NCBI GenBank assembly: GCA_030704615.1
Contig: CM060734.1
Coordinates: 24,614,001-24,678,000, forward strand
Length of the DNA stretch: 64,000 bases
Reading direction: 5' to 3'
Origin: Takakia lepidozioides
Lineage: Eukaryota > Plantae > Bryophyta
Shown: positions 1-12,410 of the stretch, in pieces
How positions within the stretch are numbered: position 1 is the first letter of the stretch
Layout of the letters: each line of letters begins with the position of its first letter
Made by a program: the position numbers and the translations under genes
The notes under the pieces: generated by a model
The model's database searches: none
What the model saw: the letters and a program-made list of their open reading frames with translations, nothing else
Told to the model about the DNA's origin: nothing

Positions 1-19
1 AACTGGAGCTGGGAATACT

Positions 20-1276
20 GTGAATATAGTGGGGCCAATAGCAGGGAGTGCTCAGGGGCCAACACTTGGTGGAAGTACCACCACAACTACAATAGGTCCT
101 CAAGGACCAGCACCAGCAAGGGGGCCAGCACCTATCAGTGGGCAGGGGACAGGGCCACAGATGGCGTTACAACCAACACGGGCAAAACCACCTTTTCCAA
201 TATATTCAGGAAAAGGGGATCCTGATGTACACATTAGCCAATTTGAGCACATGTGTATTGTGAACAATGAGAATGGCGATGATGCCAAGATGAGACTGTT
301 TCCTTGTTCACTTATCAAGAAAACAAGTGAATGGTCTGCAAGATTCCCTGATAATCATTTCCTAACCTGGAATGGCTTGAATACAACATTCCGAAATAGG
401 TTCAGGACAAGTAAAAATGAGGATGAAGTGTATGGAAGTTTACAACAGTTAAAGCAAAAGAAGCATGAAACTGTTGAGGAGTATATGGAAAAGATGGAAT
501 TGATGATGAAAAAGCTGGCTGCTGTACCAGCACCAGGTTTACAGAAAACTTGGTTTGTGAGTGGACTAAGACCAGAGTTGCAAAAGAAAGTGGATATGTT
601 ACCCCATAATACAGTGGAGGAGGCATTTGAAACAGCGAACAGAATTGAGAAATTGGGAATGCTCAGGAGAGAGAAAAGGGATGATGATGACTCTGAGGAT
701 GAGTCAGATGAGGAAGAAGAGCAAGAGTTGAAAAGGAAGAGTAAGAGGAAGGAAAAGTTGAAGAGGGATAGCTATGAGAAAAGATTAGAAGAAATCTTGA
801 AGAAGTATGCCACAGAGGCTGCAACACATTGGAGGAAGGGTGTTTGGTGTGCAAAGTGCCAGAATGAAGGCCATACCACCACTGAATGCCACATGAAGGA
901 GAAACACTGTACTATCTATAAAATGGATAACCATTCTACTGAGAATTGTTACTACAACAGAAGGACAACAGCTAGAGAACCTAGGCAAGTAAGGGTGCAT
1001 CAAGTGCAGCCCCAGCCAAGAAGAAACAATGATCAGGACAACTATGGTAGGCCAGGTGGTTATAACAATGGCATGGAAGGGAGAGGTAATCCAAGAGGGA
1101 ATTACCAAAGAAATTCCAGAGGCAACTATCAGGGTAATCCAAGGGGGAATTACCAGCCAGGGAATCAGGATTACAGAAACAATCCCAGAACAGACCAAGG
1201 GCGAGGACCTAATGGGGAAGAACTGTGTTACTATTGTAATCAGGCAGGACATCGCAAGGCAGCCTGTCCATTCTAG
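20..1276 (+). CDS. gag: Retrotransposon Gag
   Basis: Retrotrans_gag-like core (YSGKGDPDVHISQF...LKQKKHETVEEY), knuckles CAKCQNEGHTTTEC and CYYCNQAGHRKAAC, and NYQGNPRG repeats. Confidence 0.88.
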   Translation: MNIVGPIAGSAQGPTLGGSTTTTTIGPQGPAPARGPAPISGQGTGPQMALQPTRAKPPFPIYSGKGDPDVHISQFEHMCIVNNENGDDAKMRLFPCSLIKKTSEWSARFPDNHFLTWNGLNTTFRNRFRTSKNEDEVYGSLQQLKQKKHETVEEYMEKMELMMKKLAAVPAPGLQKTWFVSGLRPELQKKVDMLPHNTVEEAFETANRIEKLGMLRREKRDDDDSEDESDEEEEQELKRKSKRKEKLKRDSYEKRLEEILKKYATEAATHWRKGVWCAKCQNEGHTTTECHMKEKHCTIYKMDNHSTENCYYNRRTTAREPRQVRVHQVQPQPRRNNDQDNYGRPGGYNNGMEGRGNPRGNYQRNSRGNYQGNPRGNYQPGNQDYRNNPRTDQGRGPNGEELCYYCNQAGHRKAACPF

Positions 1277-1294
1277 ATCAGACACCAGAATGAG

Positions 1295-2604
1295 ATGAGA
1301 GCTCCTGTGAATGAGGGGCCAGTGGTGGCAACTCACATGGTTAGGCCATGTGTTGTACCAGAAGTAAGTACAATGATAGTAACCAGAAGCAAAGCCAAAA
1401 TAATACCTCCAGTAGATGAGGAAGGTGATGATAATGAAGATGGCAATGATGTGCCTGAAGATGATGAGGCTTGGAGAGATGAGAAGGAACTGCACAAGGA
1501 AGTGGCAGATACCATAAGGAAAATGCAGAAGAGTACTGATATTCCTATGGCACATTCCTCTGATTCTGAAAGAGAAGAGGAAGTGAGTGAGGATGAAGGG
1601 AAGAAAGAAGCTGCGGAAATGCAGAGTAATGAAGGGACTTTGGCTGAAGTAATATGCCAGACCAAAGTGGAGATTACCATTGGACAGCTATTGGCTGTGG
1701 CACCTTATTGTAGACACACGCTGTATCAAGCAATCAATCGAATTGCCCATGTGACAGGGAACACAGACCTGAACAGCAAGGTGACCAGTTATAATGTGAA
1801 GCCGGAAGGGCGAGAAACAGTCATGGACTTTGATGATTCTATGCCAGTAATCCAATTGAGAATTGGAAGCGCAGAACTAACTGATGTACAAATAGATGGA
1901 GGCTCTGGAGTTAATATCATGACATACCAATTAAGGCAAAAGCTTGGTGTATTAACATGAAACCAGCCCCATTTATAGTAACAATGGCAGATCAAAGAAG
2001 TGTACAGCCATTGGGATTGATAAGAGGAGTTAAGATACAGATACAAAAGATGATCTTTATGATCACAGTAACTGTGTTGAAAATGGATGGAATCATGGAA
2101 GCTTACTCCTTATTGTTGGGACGACTGTGGCTGAAACATGCCAGGGTATTCCATGACTGGAATTCCCAGTTACTAACAGTGCATGATGGGATGCACAAGA
2201 TCCAAATCACCACTAAAAAATCTAGTAGACTACCTGCTACGAGAAGACCTCGAGGGGTCAAGGAGTATGACAGGAGGGGAGGACTTGATGAGGAGCAGGA
2301 AGCTACCCTGTTCGTTGCACACCCAGAGTGGGAGCAGGTTGTAGAGATGCAACTGGAAGGCCTAAGTTGTTTAAAAGGTATCTGCTGTGGTGTAGTGACA
2401 CCAACACCAATTGAAGGTGAAACAAGCAGTTACCCACCACATTTCTATGAAGAAAGAGTGGGAGAAATGGAAATCCTAGAGGAACCAGCCACTGTGAGTT
2501 TACAGGATGAAGTGGTGACTGGTTGGACAATCACAGCTGATGAGCAGGTGAGAGAAGTGAATATCGGAACTGAAGGAACCGAGGATGGTGAAGGTAGGGG
2601 CTGA
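1295..2604 (+). pseudogene. Gypsy aspartic protease region (frameshifted)
   Basis: IDGGSGVNIM and YSLLLGRLWL motifs split over ORFs 1295-1960 and 1957-2604. Confidence 0.85.
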
Positions 2605-3860
2605 TTTGGAGCTAGAATTCTTTGAGGAAGCTAAAAGTCTGTTCATCAAATACAAAGATGTATTTGCTTGGAGCTACGAGGATCTGAAAGGGATACCACC
2701 TGAGATTTGTCAGCATAAGATTGAATTGGAACCAGGGTCAGTACCAATCAAACAGGCAAGGTACAGAATGAATCCCAACTATGCACAGAAGGTTGGAGAA
2801 GAGATCAAGAAGTTGGCTGAGGATAAGTTTATATACCCGATAGAGTATACAACTTGGTTGTCACCCATTGTGATAGTTCCCAAGAAGAATGGTAAACTGA
2901 GAGTTTGTGTGAACTATAAGAAGTTGAATGTTTGCACGAAGAAAGATCCTTTCCCTTTGCCATTCACAGAAGCGGTATTGGACACTGTGGCAGGCCATGA
3001 GATGTACTCATTCATGGATGGCTTCAGTGGTTATAATCAAGTGCAAGTGGCAGAAGAAGACCAGGGAAAGACAGCTTTCATCACAGACTGGGGTGCTTAT
3101 GCATACAAAGTCATGCCTTTTGGACTTTGTAATGCACCAGCAACCTTTCAGAGAGTGATAAGTGAATCTTTTCATGAGTATTTGGATGATTTCATGCAGT
3201 TGTTCTTGGATGATTTCAGTGTGTACAGCTCTAAGAATGAGCACTTGCCTGACTCTGGTGATAGTGGAAGGAAATCAGAGTGCTGTGCTAATTCTGGTAT
3301 GGGTGGTGGACCTTCTCCAAAGCTTGAAGTTTCTGCAAACTGCAAAGATCACATACCATAGCAACAAGATTGTCACCACATACAGAAGGCCGCCACCGGA
3401 ATGATCCTATTAACTATTTTCCAAAAGATGGCACTTAGCTTCGCTGCTCTATCATTTCTCCATATTCTAGCCCAAATCACTCAGCCCATATCACTCTTCT
3501 GTAATAACTGGTTTGTCCAAGGAATCTTCTTAAACTCTTAACATTTATTGGTGGTGGAGAGGCTTTAATGGCCTCTGTCTTTCTGGGATCCACAAGAAGT
3601 CCCCTCTTACACACAATGTGTCCCAAAAGCACCCCTGAGTTCACACAGAAAGTACATTTCTCTGGATTCAGGCCCAGACCTCTCATCCTGCATCTGGCCA
3701 AACATAACTCTGATTTTGTTAGACGGTATGCACAGATAGCAGCACCATTGAGCAAGCTTCTAAAGAAAGATGCAGTGTTTGCATGGACAGCTGAATGTCA
3801 ACAGGCTTTTGAGGAACTTACATTGTCAGTAACAACTACACCTGTGCTAATTAACCCTCA
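2585..3860 (+). pseudogene. Gypsy reverse transcriptase, disrupted by an insertion and a local inversion
   Basis: RT reads on + to about 3253, continues on - at 3712-3494 (LNPEKC...LLGHIV...FLGQTSYYRR), then resumes on + at 3713 (FVRRYAQIAAPL). Confidence 0.9.
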
Positions 3861-4860
3861 GGGATGCCTCGGCGTGAGCCTGGTCACGTGAGCGCGCTCA
3901 CGCAACTGCGCTCACGCCACGTCACCTTGCGCAAATGCCACGTCACGGGGCTCACTCCACGTCATCACACGTGAAGGCCGCGTCACCACGCGCCCAGAAA
4001 GAAGTGGAGTGTATTCCCGCGGATTGGCACCCTTTACCGCGGAAACAAGCTGGATGACATAATAAAAGGCATTGAATAAAGGATGGATGAATGTACAGTT
4101 GGATGATAAACATATGGATGAGTGTGAAAAATGAATGTAGATGGATGAATGAGGGATGGATAAGAGTAAAATGGATGAATGTATAATGGATGTTGAGCAA
4201 TGACAAAAATTCATGACAGGAAGATGCATGACCAAATCTTTTGACGAATGCACAACGTATATGAAATGAGTGTGGAAGGTTTGTGGGGTGGATTAAAGAG
4301 TATAGAGGATGAATGTACAATGGATGTTGTACAAAGGAAAAAATTCATGAATGGAGCACGCATGAATACAGTGTAGATGAATGCACAATGGATATGAGAA
4401 GAGTCAGGGAGGTTTGTGAGATGGATTCATACATATTGCAATTTAAATGAAAGTTGATTCTGTGATTATTATTTGTTCTAAATGAACAACTATGGTGGAG
4501 GAAGGGGATTCAACGTTTTCCAGATAATATGAAAATGAATATTAAAATAATACAGTTCAGTCTGACTCAGAGTCAGTACAATGTATCCCCGCTTCCTCTG
4601 CATCTAAGTCTAAGTATTTTAGAACACCGGATCCACGCTGGATACACCTACGGCTGGCCACTAAAAAGTCAGGGGATAGGGACTCGGCGGGGGCTGCTAT
4701 TTCATGAGCCATGAGCCATGAGCGGCATGAGCCATGAGCAGAGTCGTAAGTGTGGAAAAAAACATGAGCAGCACTATTTTCCGGAAATGAGTGTCCGCGG
4801 GAATAGGGTTTAGGGTGCCACGGTCATAGGGGGAGAAGGACCTCCCGATGAAGGAGGTTT
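3861..4860. mobile_element. Mutator-like non-autonomous remnant (one clear TIR) with internal ATGGATGA-rich repeats
   Basis: The terminus GGGATGCCTCGGCGTGAGCCTGGTCACGTGAGC resembles both TIRs of the TSD-flanked element at 25911-27919 and shares its subterminal GTATT(C/T)CCGCGGAT motif. The right end is not resolved. Confidence 0.55.
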
Positions 4861-6080
4861 GGCAATGTTATTTAGAATTATATATTGAAAGGCAATGTTT
4901 CGCGAATGGTAGGGTGGTACTGCTCTGTACAATGGGGGCCCATTTCAGCCTACCAGCCACTTGCAAAATCCACCCACACTCCCAATCCCAAACGAAATGA
5001 GCAATGACGCATTCTCGGAACGATGGACACAGAATAGAATAAAAAGAGGGCACAATGAGGTTTTTATTGATCCACATGAATTGCATTTGAAGCACGTCTA
5101 CTGTGCTGATTGTGCCATCAAATCTTTAGCCCTGTGCCTACTGAATACAAGTCACGTTGTCAATGGGACTTCGACTGCTCTCAGAACTAGCTCATGAGTC
5201 ATGGGGCTCCTCCATGTAAAGTCGATTGCAGCCGTTGTACCGCCCCTAGTGATGTTCACCACAATGTCCTGCCCTTCAATCATACCACCATCGAATATGG
5301 AAATCTTCACGTTTTCGTCGTCCACACCAATGCGAATGTCCCCATACAATGGAGAAGAGGAGCGCACTCCTTGAGGAGAATAGGTCTCTCCCATGGAGTC
5401 CACCCACGTCCAGTGGCAGCAGTTCCACCGCAACAGCATAGCAGTGCGCCTTCTTCTGCATGGGTGACCGTCGTAGCTGGGAAAATCGGAATCGAGGATG
5501 CGCAGGAGCCACGGACTCCTCAGACCAAGATCGTCACCCCGCTCGAAGGCGTAGTGGCCTACGATATACTCAAAAGCCACCAATGTTTCCACAATCGAAC
5601 CAGTATCTTCTGTGTAATCTGTGTAGCAGATAACAATGTCTCCCGATGTGGCCGAATACATTGCATAATCGATGCCTCCAAATGGGCAGTCGTCCCGGTT
5701 CCGGAAGCACGGCATCCTTGCAAAGGAGGACCTGAGGACGACTTGGATGCAGATGACAATGACCTTGCGGACAGCTACGAAGCCCTTAGATTTTGGAAAT
5801 GATGCGAAGCGGAAGAGCAGTCCGGCCTCCAATAATGGAGCATCTGGGTCCCACGTACCCACCGACGGAGGTGGATGAACCCATACATCTTTCTCATCAA
5901 GAAGTTATAGTTTGAGATCTGCCACCGAAGTCCATCCCCCCGGATGGAAATTCGGCGCGGGATGAGGTTGCTCAAGTGCAAGATCCAGTGGGAACTTGGC
6001 CTGATTGGTTTGTGAAACACCAAACTATTGATAATTAGGAAGAACAACAACAGGTTTTCCAGGAAGATCCACAGCAGGCC

Positions 6081-8418
6081 ATGGTTATGAGTTCCATAGG
6101 CATGACTCTTAACCTGTTAGCTACCTACTTCAAGACTCATGTCCCTTCCACTCAGTTGGCAGCATTGCAGGAGGAGCTCAAACAAGAGTTTGAGGCCAGA
6201 ATTGTAACTGAGTGTGAAACCAAAGTGGATGTGGAGGCAAGCCTCAAGTTGCAGCAGGACTTGGAAGAGTCTAAAGCTGCCCTCCAGCTTGAAAAAGAGA
6301 ATTTAATCAGGGCAGGTCTTGAGCAGGAGAAATTACATGAGGTACATAAGCAGCAGCTATACCAAATGCAAATTCAGCATGAAGGCAATTTACAAGAAGA
6401 GAAACTCCTTAATTCTGGATTAGTTGCAGCCAATCAGAAACTGGCCATGCAGTGTGCCACACTAACGGCTAATCTGGAGCTGGCTGCGCTGGAAGTCAAG
6501 AAGCAAACTGAGAGGTGTGCATGGGCGGAGGCAGAGGCACAAGACCAGGGAAAACTCATTGCAGACATGAAGGATACTATCTGTCGTAATGAGGTTCCCG
6601 TTCAACAGTTGAAACACCTCAACGACGAGAAGGACCGACAATTTTTAGAGTTGCAGCAAAAGGTCACAGTGAGGGATAATGAACTTTCTGTGAGTGAAAG
6701 GGCATGGAAAGAAGCCAATAACATGTTAGCTGCCTATGCAGCTCTTGTTGAACCTCATGCAAAGAGAATGGAGAGTTTACAACAGCAGTTGGAAGCATAC
6801 AAGCTCAAGGAGGAGCAGGGTATCGGAAGTGCTACACAAGACTTGGTGGACAATCACCTCTTACAGGAGTGGTTGACACAAGGGCCAGTGGAAAGAAAAG
6901 CACCTAGGAAATTGACTCGAGATGAGATGAATGATCTCAGGCAACGGGTGCAGAATATTGCTACAACAACTATAGACAATGTCTATAGTTGAATAGCCGA
7001 GTTGCATGAGGATGTGGAAGGACTTCAGACTCAAGTGGATGAGTTGAGTTCCAACATTGAGAAAAGGGCATTTGTTCCGGAAGAACAGCTATTGGCTACT
7101 TACTTGCGGGCAATAACTTTGGTCTATCAATTTCCAGCACAGGAAGTACGGGGCTTGCCAGCGCAACGAGGGGCTGTGTCAACTTCACAGTAGCCCTTCA
7201 GATAGCCAGTGTTACTACCGTGGCACAACAACAATCAGTACCTGATGTCTGGGGTGACTCTTCTTTTATCCCACCTACTACTCCTGTTGCTCTTGAATAT
7301 AGTAGAGCTATGGAATAGGGCCCACCCTCGAAAGGTGGCAGTAGCCGCAAGGCGAAGTGGCTCTTAGTTACGCTGGCCTTGGCCGGAGTCTTCTCTCTAG
7401 AGCTATGGTTCTTCCCTTCAACCAAATTCCCATAGTTATGGATGTGGCTTGGAAAGAATTCAGTCCTCCGGAGTCCTTGGCACATTATTACCAAATCATG
7501 CGCATTTGGTTGCCATTGGCAACTCGGACCAAGGTTCTTCCATCAGATAGACCCATTGAGGATCATCATTTTGCACATTGTTGGGCTGAGGCAGGAACAA
7601 TGCTGAAGGAATTACTTGTCTTCCAGATCATTCACGGATTCATTTTCACCAAGACCAAGGAAGTAGTTAGTCTTGTTATGGGCTGTGGGATGTACTATGC
7701 TGCTTGCTTTGTTTTACGCTACCACACCGAGCAGCAGAAATTGCAGATGAGGTACTAGATTTATTCCAATGGAGAACATTGGACATTACCTCCAGTTCCA
7801 GACCACAAGTATCTGTATGATGTGACAGTCATGCTTCAACGGGATCCACAACTTCGTCTTTGGTTTTCTTCTGCTCTGGAGCACTTAGAAAAAGAGAACT
7901 TGGACTTTAACCACATTTTTTCCAAGGGGCATGAGGCCAAGAAATGGCTGCAATTTTCAAAGGTGATAGGCACGCCACTCAGCTATACAGATGAGGAGCT
8001 ACAGGCATATACTAGTCTTGCCCGAAAGCTGGCACAAGTCTTATTACATAGTGTTCCAGACATGGTAGGCATACACTAGTGTATGCCAGTCAAGCTTCCT
8101 GAGGTGCCAAAGAAGGTCAGGAAACAAAAAGGCCAACGGTGGGAAAATGACTCTAACACCACTGGTTCTGTGGCCACTGATATCCTCGACATGTCAGAAG
8201 AGTATGACAAGGCCATGGCGGACAAGAAGAAGCGAGGTTCTCTTATTCCAGACAGACGACCCCCACCTGATTCCATGACAATCCAATCTGCTCCGGCGAG
8301 CAGACAGGCATCTCCACCAGCCAAGGACAAGGCTCGGGCTCATACACAGAGCCCTCACAAAGGCTCTCATCAACATACTGATGCCACATTTCAGAGGTTT
8401 GCTGGCCCTAAGCAGTAA
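6081..8418 (+). pseudogene. Accessory ORF(s) in the 3' region of an LTR retrotransposon: coiled-coil protein plus an unknown domain
   Basis: Long coiled-coil ORF 6081-6992 followed by interrupted ORFs 7357-8079 and 8083-8418, ending immediately before a PPT and LTR. Confidence 0.6.
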
Positions 8419-8438
8419 ACCGTGAGGGCACGACTTTT

Positions 8439-9060
8439 TGAGAGGGAGGGGGATAATGTTATAGGGCTGTCAAGGACTTAGACAGTTTTATGGGTTTTAT
8501 GGGGTACCCTTAATTTTGCGCAGGCCTTAGGGGTGGCAGACAGGCTCACACAGTCAGCAGTCACATGTTTACACAGCCTATTACAGCCTGTCACAGTTTG
8601 TCACAGCTCGACACAACCAGTCACAGTCCGACACAGTCACAGCCCGACACAACTAGTCACAGCCCGACACAGTTCATAGCCCGACATAGCTGACACAGCC
8701 CGACACAGCACACAGTCGAGACAGTCCATCACAGCACCACATGACACAGCCGACACGGGTCACGGGGTACTGTTCTCACTGGCAGGGAACGAGAGTGCGG
8801 GAACCTCATCAACATAGGGAACAACAGTACTTACGTACTGTCTTGGCCGGCAGTTAGTTAGTTAAGTGGTTAGAACAGCTTGCAGATACATTATGCAGAG
8901 TAGCTACATGGAGGGGATCACTTCTTGGAGCACGATCTTGGAGCACACGGAGGAGAGAGCACACGGAGGAGGAGAGACGATCTGTTGTAGCTTGATACAT
9001 GCAAGCTGTAGAGATGTATTGTAGGGCAAAATAGAGACACAATGGCTTCGGCCTGATACA
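8439..9060 (+). repeat. PPT and probable 3' LTR (8457 to about 9060)
   Basis: GAGAGGGAGGGGGATAA followed by TGTTATAG, internal CACAG/GACAC tandem repeats, and a candidate end CTGATACA. No partner LTR in the window. Confidence 0.6.
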
Positions 9061-9374
9061 AGATAGTTATCAGCGGCTTCCAGCATCCCACCGCTACTCC
9101 CCCGCCGGAATTCGGACCAATCAAAAATGCCCCCAAAAAAGGGTGTTCTCTTCGTTCACTATTGCAGAACTCTCTATGAAGAGTGCACGAAGTAGAACAC
9201 AAATCAAGTTTGGAGTGCAAAACAGGGAAGAAACTGTGGTTTTGGGTCCAAATGAATTTTGATCGCTCCCAAATTTGGCACGCACGTCAGCTTGTCATAT
9301 CGTTGCACCATCGTCACATCAGTATGCCATAGGGAACAAGAGATAGTCGCCCTAATGATTGATTGTCCACCATA

Positions 9375-10553
9375 CTAGGTTAAACATAGGATACCAGAGT
9401 TTTCATAGAGAAGATCTCCCTTCTCAATTTTTGCCACTACTTGCTCCGTAGTGGGAATGTCTAATCCCTCCTTTTCTGAAGTAAGGGGCTCTGGTGTAGT
9501 AGCAAGACCAGTCTGAGTTACCTCCGGGGCAACTTGGTCAGCTTGCTGTGTTGGCCGTGGTGCCAAGGTGACTTCTTTCTCCCTCTCTAGTGGTTGTGCT
9601 TCCTGTAATATCAACTCTTTGTGCTGCTGCACCCCCTCTTGTGCAGGAGCTATGGAAATATCATCTGGCAGAGGGATCCTTGCTGCAAGTGGAGCAGCTT
9701 GGATTACCACTGTGGTTTCTCCTCTTTTTTGCCTTTTGGTTTTGTGCTGCCCCTCCAATCCATCTTCTCCTTGTGAGGATCCTTGTTCTTCAACCGCAGC
9801 AGTGCCTGCTTCAAACAAACCCATGACTTTGCGTTCTTGCGCATTAAGTAGGCAAGAATCATAGATGATTTGTGCAATAATTGGGGCTGACACGATAATT
9901 GGGGCCTTGGCAGTAGTTGTTTGCAGTCGTTTCATCTCATCAACCAGGCCATTGTGCATCATTTCGGCCCAAGCTACATCCTCTCCCTTCAAAGCCTTCA
10001 AAACATCTTCAGTAAAGGATCTGCTGAGATATTGTTGGTTCTGCTTCATAGCAAAAAGAATATTTAGTATCTGGCCTATTTCCCTCAGACCCGGATACTC
10101 TGCTCTTGTACAAGTATAACCCTGATTCTTGGAAAAGTTCTTTTCTTGGAAAAGATTCACCATTTGCAAGCTTACCTTGTGCTCATCCACACTCACTTTA
10201 CCAGTTGGTTTATCAAAGAGCTGCTGCAAATACTGCGGAGTGACTTGTATATCCACACACTTCACATGTGTAGCTCCTGTCTTTGGTTCAAAGTTCTTGA
10301 TGAAATGAATCATCAAATCTTTGTGGTGCCAAGACCATTCTTTGCGCAACAGTCCCTCCAACCTCAATTCCTTCAATAGCTGTATTGCCTGTGGTATGGC
10401 AATAGTTTGCTTTTGAAGTATTGTAGTGAACTTCACCCGTAAGTCCTCCATATCTCTGATTCGCTTCATACCAGACAAACAAGAAGGTCTTGTTTGGAAT
10501 AGTTCCAAGAAACTCTGCAACATGTATACAACATGAAAGTATGGTTTGCGCAA
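9375..10553 (-). CDS. Retrotransposon accessory ORF (plant-transposon-protein-like, type A)
   Basis: 392 aa open frame directly downstream of a Gypsy integrase. Its motif DVAWAEMMHNGLVDEM parallels QIDWAGFICGKIHEEI in the ORF at 15717-16142. Confidence 0.6.
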   Translation of the reverse strand: MRKPYFHVVYMLQSFLELFQTRPSCLSGMKRIRDMEDLRVKFTTILQKQTIAIPQAIQLLKELRLEGLLRKEWSWHHKDLMIHFIKNFEPKTGATHVKCVDIQVTPQYLQQLFDKPTGKVSVDEHKVSLQMVNLFQEKNFSKNQGYTCTRAEYPGLREIGQILNILFAMKQNQQYLSRSFTEDVLKALKGEDVAWAEMMHNGLVDEMKRLQTTTAKAPIIVSAPIIAQIIYDSCLLNAQERKVMGLFEAGTAAVEEQGSSQGEDGLEGQHKTKRQKRGETTVVIQAAPLAARIPLPDDISIAPAQEGVQQHKELILQEAQPLEREKEVTLAPRPTQQADQVAPEVTQTGLATTPEPLTSEKEGLDIPTTEQVVAKIEKGDLLYENSGILCLT

Positions 10554-10848
10554 ACTGGAACGGGCAATTGTGTGTAAGCATGCAGGGCTTGCAAACAGTG
10601 GGTGAGAGAGAAGGTACGCGCGTCACGTTCTTCCTTGTGCCACTGCGTAAAGAGTATAGCGAGCGTGTAATCTGTAACGCCCGCCATAGCTGCTAGTCTA
10701 TAGCCTTCACTGCGCCCTCTTTCTCAGTAGTCGTTATGAGGAACAACACCTACCCTGCCGCTCATAACTACCCGTTTTTCTTGATCTTGTTTTTTCAAAG
10801 AAACCCTGTTGGTCGTTTTTCCTCCGTTGATTGGCTTATGAATAGTTG

Positions 10849-12410
10849 CTAGGTATTTTTGCAAATTACCTTCCTCCGCATTTCACATATTTCTTTTGAA
10901 TGACCACTATAATCACAATATTGGCACAACCTCCCTCTAGGTATTTGTGTGGAACTTTCAACAGCCTGCCTATCCGGTGCATTTATTGATCCCAGATTAG
11001 TTATGGCGGTAGTACCGGACAAGTACCTCGGCGGCTCTATTCGTCGTTTTGTGCAATGGGGCTCGCCATTGCAGATCATGCAATGTGATGAATCGGGCAC
11101 CTTAAGCCACGTGTTTGAGTTCAAACACTCTCCCGTATCTTTTTGGCCCCGTAACAAATTCTTCGAGTTTGGCTTCCAAATTGTTTTTGTACTTCTTGGC
11201 CACTTCACCGTTGACAACTTGTGTCCACCTGTCACCGCTCCTATGGGCTATGCAACCTGTGTAGCCTGTGATGGGCTGTGTTGGCTGTGTGAACACCTAT
11301 GTTCCCTCCTATGACCATACACATGTGGCGTTATGACAAGTGCTTCATGCTGTGCTGGTGCTACTGGTGTAGCCTGTGGCTGCGTCTGTGCTTCAAGATG
11401 CAAATCATGCTGTAATGGCCTATCATGGATACCACTGTATCCCTTGAGTTTGTTAGCATTAACTCTACCAAACATTTCTTTGTTAATTGTCTGTAACATG
11501 GCTGTGTTGTTATCATACATCTTCTGTATGACATAAGGTCCCTTCCATGGTGACTTAGCTTAGAAGCTTTAATCTTCCCCTTCTTCTGCAACCACAGTAT
11601 CAAATCTCATGTCTTAAAAGTTTTTAGTTTGCCTTCATCAAACTGATCTTTCCTTTTCATTTGAATTCTGGCTATGTTATCTGCGGCATCAGTACGAAAT
11701 TCTTCCACATGATATAGTTCATGTTTTGTTACTTTGATTGAATCCTCCAATTCCATTCTCCTTCCCCATTCAGTTCTCATGGTATGTAATAAGAATTCCA
11801 CTGGAAGTAGAGCTTCCATGCCATAGACTAATTGGAATGGTGTATACTTTGTAGTGACTTTGTATGAAGTCATGTAAGACCACAAAGTTGTTAACAGCTT
11901 TGTATCCCAATCTGTTTTGAACTAGCATTGACTATCTTAGCAAGGATAGTGGACAATATCTTGTTGGTGGCTTCTGCCTGCCCATTGCCTTGTGGGTAAT
12001 AGCTCTTCCTGTGCACAATCATAAATTCCTTGGTCAGTAGTTCAATAGTCTCACTGATGAAATGACTCCCTTGGTCACTGATAAATTCTAAGGGGCAGCC
12101 AAATCTCGTGATTATGTTCTCATAAAGAAATCTAGTTGTAGATTTCGCTGTGTTATCTCGCAGTGCCTTGGCTTCTACCCACTTAGTAGTATAATCCGTG
12201 GCTGTGATTATATACTTGTGCTAGGTGTTCGTGGCTGGTGGATTGATTGGGCCAACAAACTCCAATCCCCATTTCTGGAATGGTTCAATAGGCATTGTAG
12301 GATGTAGTGCCATCTTTCCAAATCACTCAGTTGTCCATGCATACCCTGCATCTTTCTTCAAGAGTTTACTCATTGGTGCAGCCATGTAGAATAAAACTAT
12401 AATCAACCCT
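10849..12410 (-). pseudogene. Gypsy integrase with a C-terminal extension, fused by deletion to an RT-linker fragment
   Basis: PFQKWGLEFVGPI, FISDQGSHF, TPFQLVYGMEALLPVEF, and GPY motif with RVNANKLKGY. Stops and frameshifts are present. Confidence 0.85.

Larger units (their letters stand above)
1..3860 (+). mobile_element. Degraded non-chromovirus Ty3/Gypsy internal region (gag-protease-RT), truncated before RNase H
   Basis: Gag with CCHC knuckle, protease motif IDGGSGVN, and RT motifs WLSPIVIVPKKNGKLRVC, DGFSGYNQV, MPFGLCNAPATF and FLDDF. Frameshifts are present; the region ends abruptly at a Mutator-type terminus at 3861. Confidence 0.92.

Noticed and set aside
5152-5862. Overlapping 236-aa (-) and 202-aa (+) ORFs as genes
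   Set aside because: No recognisable motif, and I cannot tell which frame, if any, is real.
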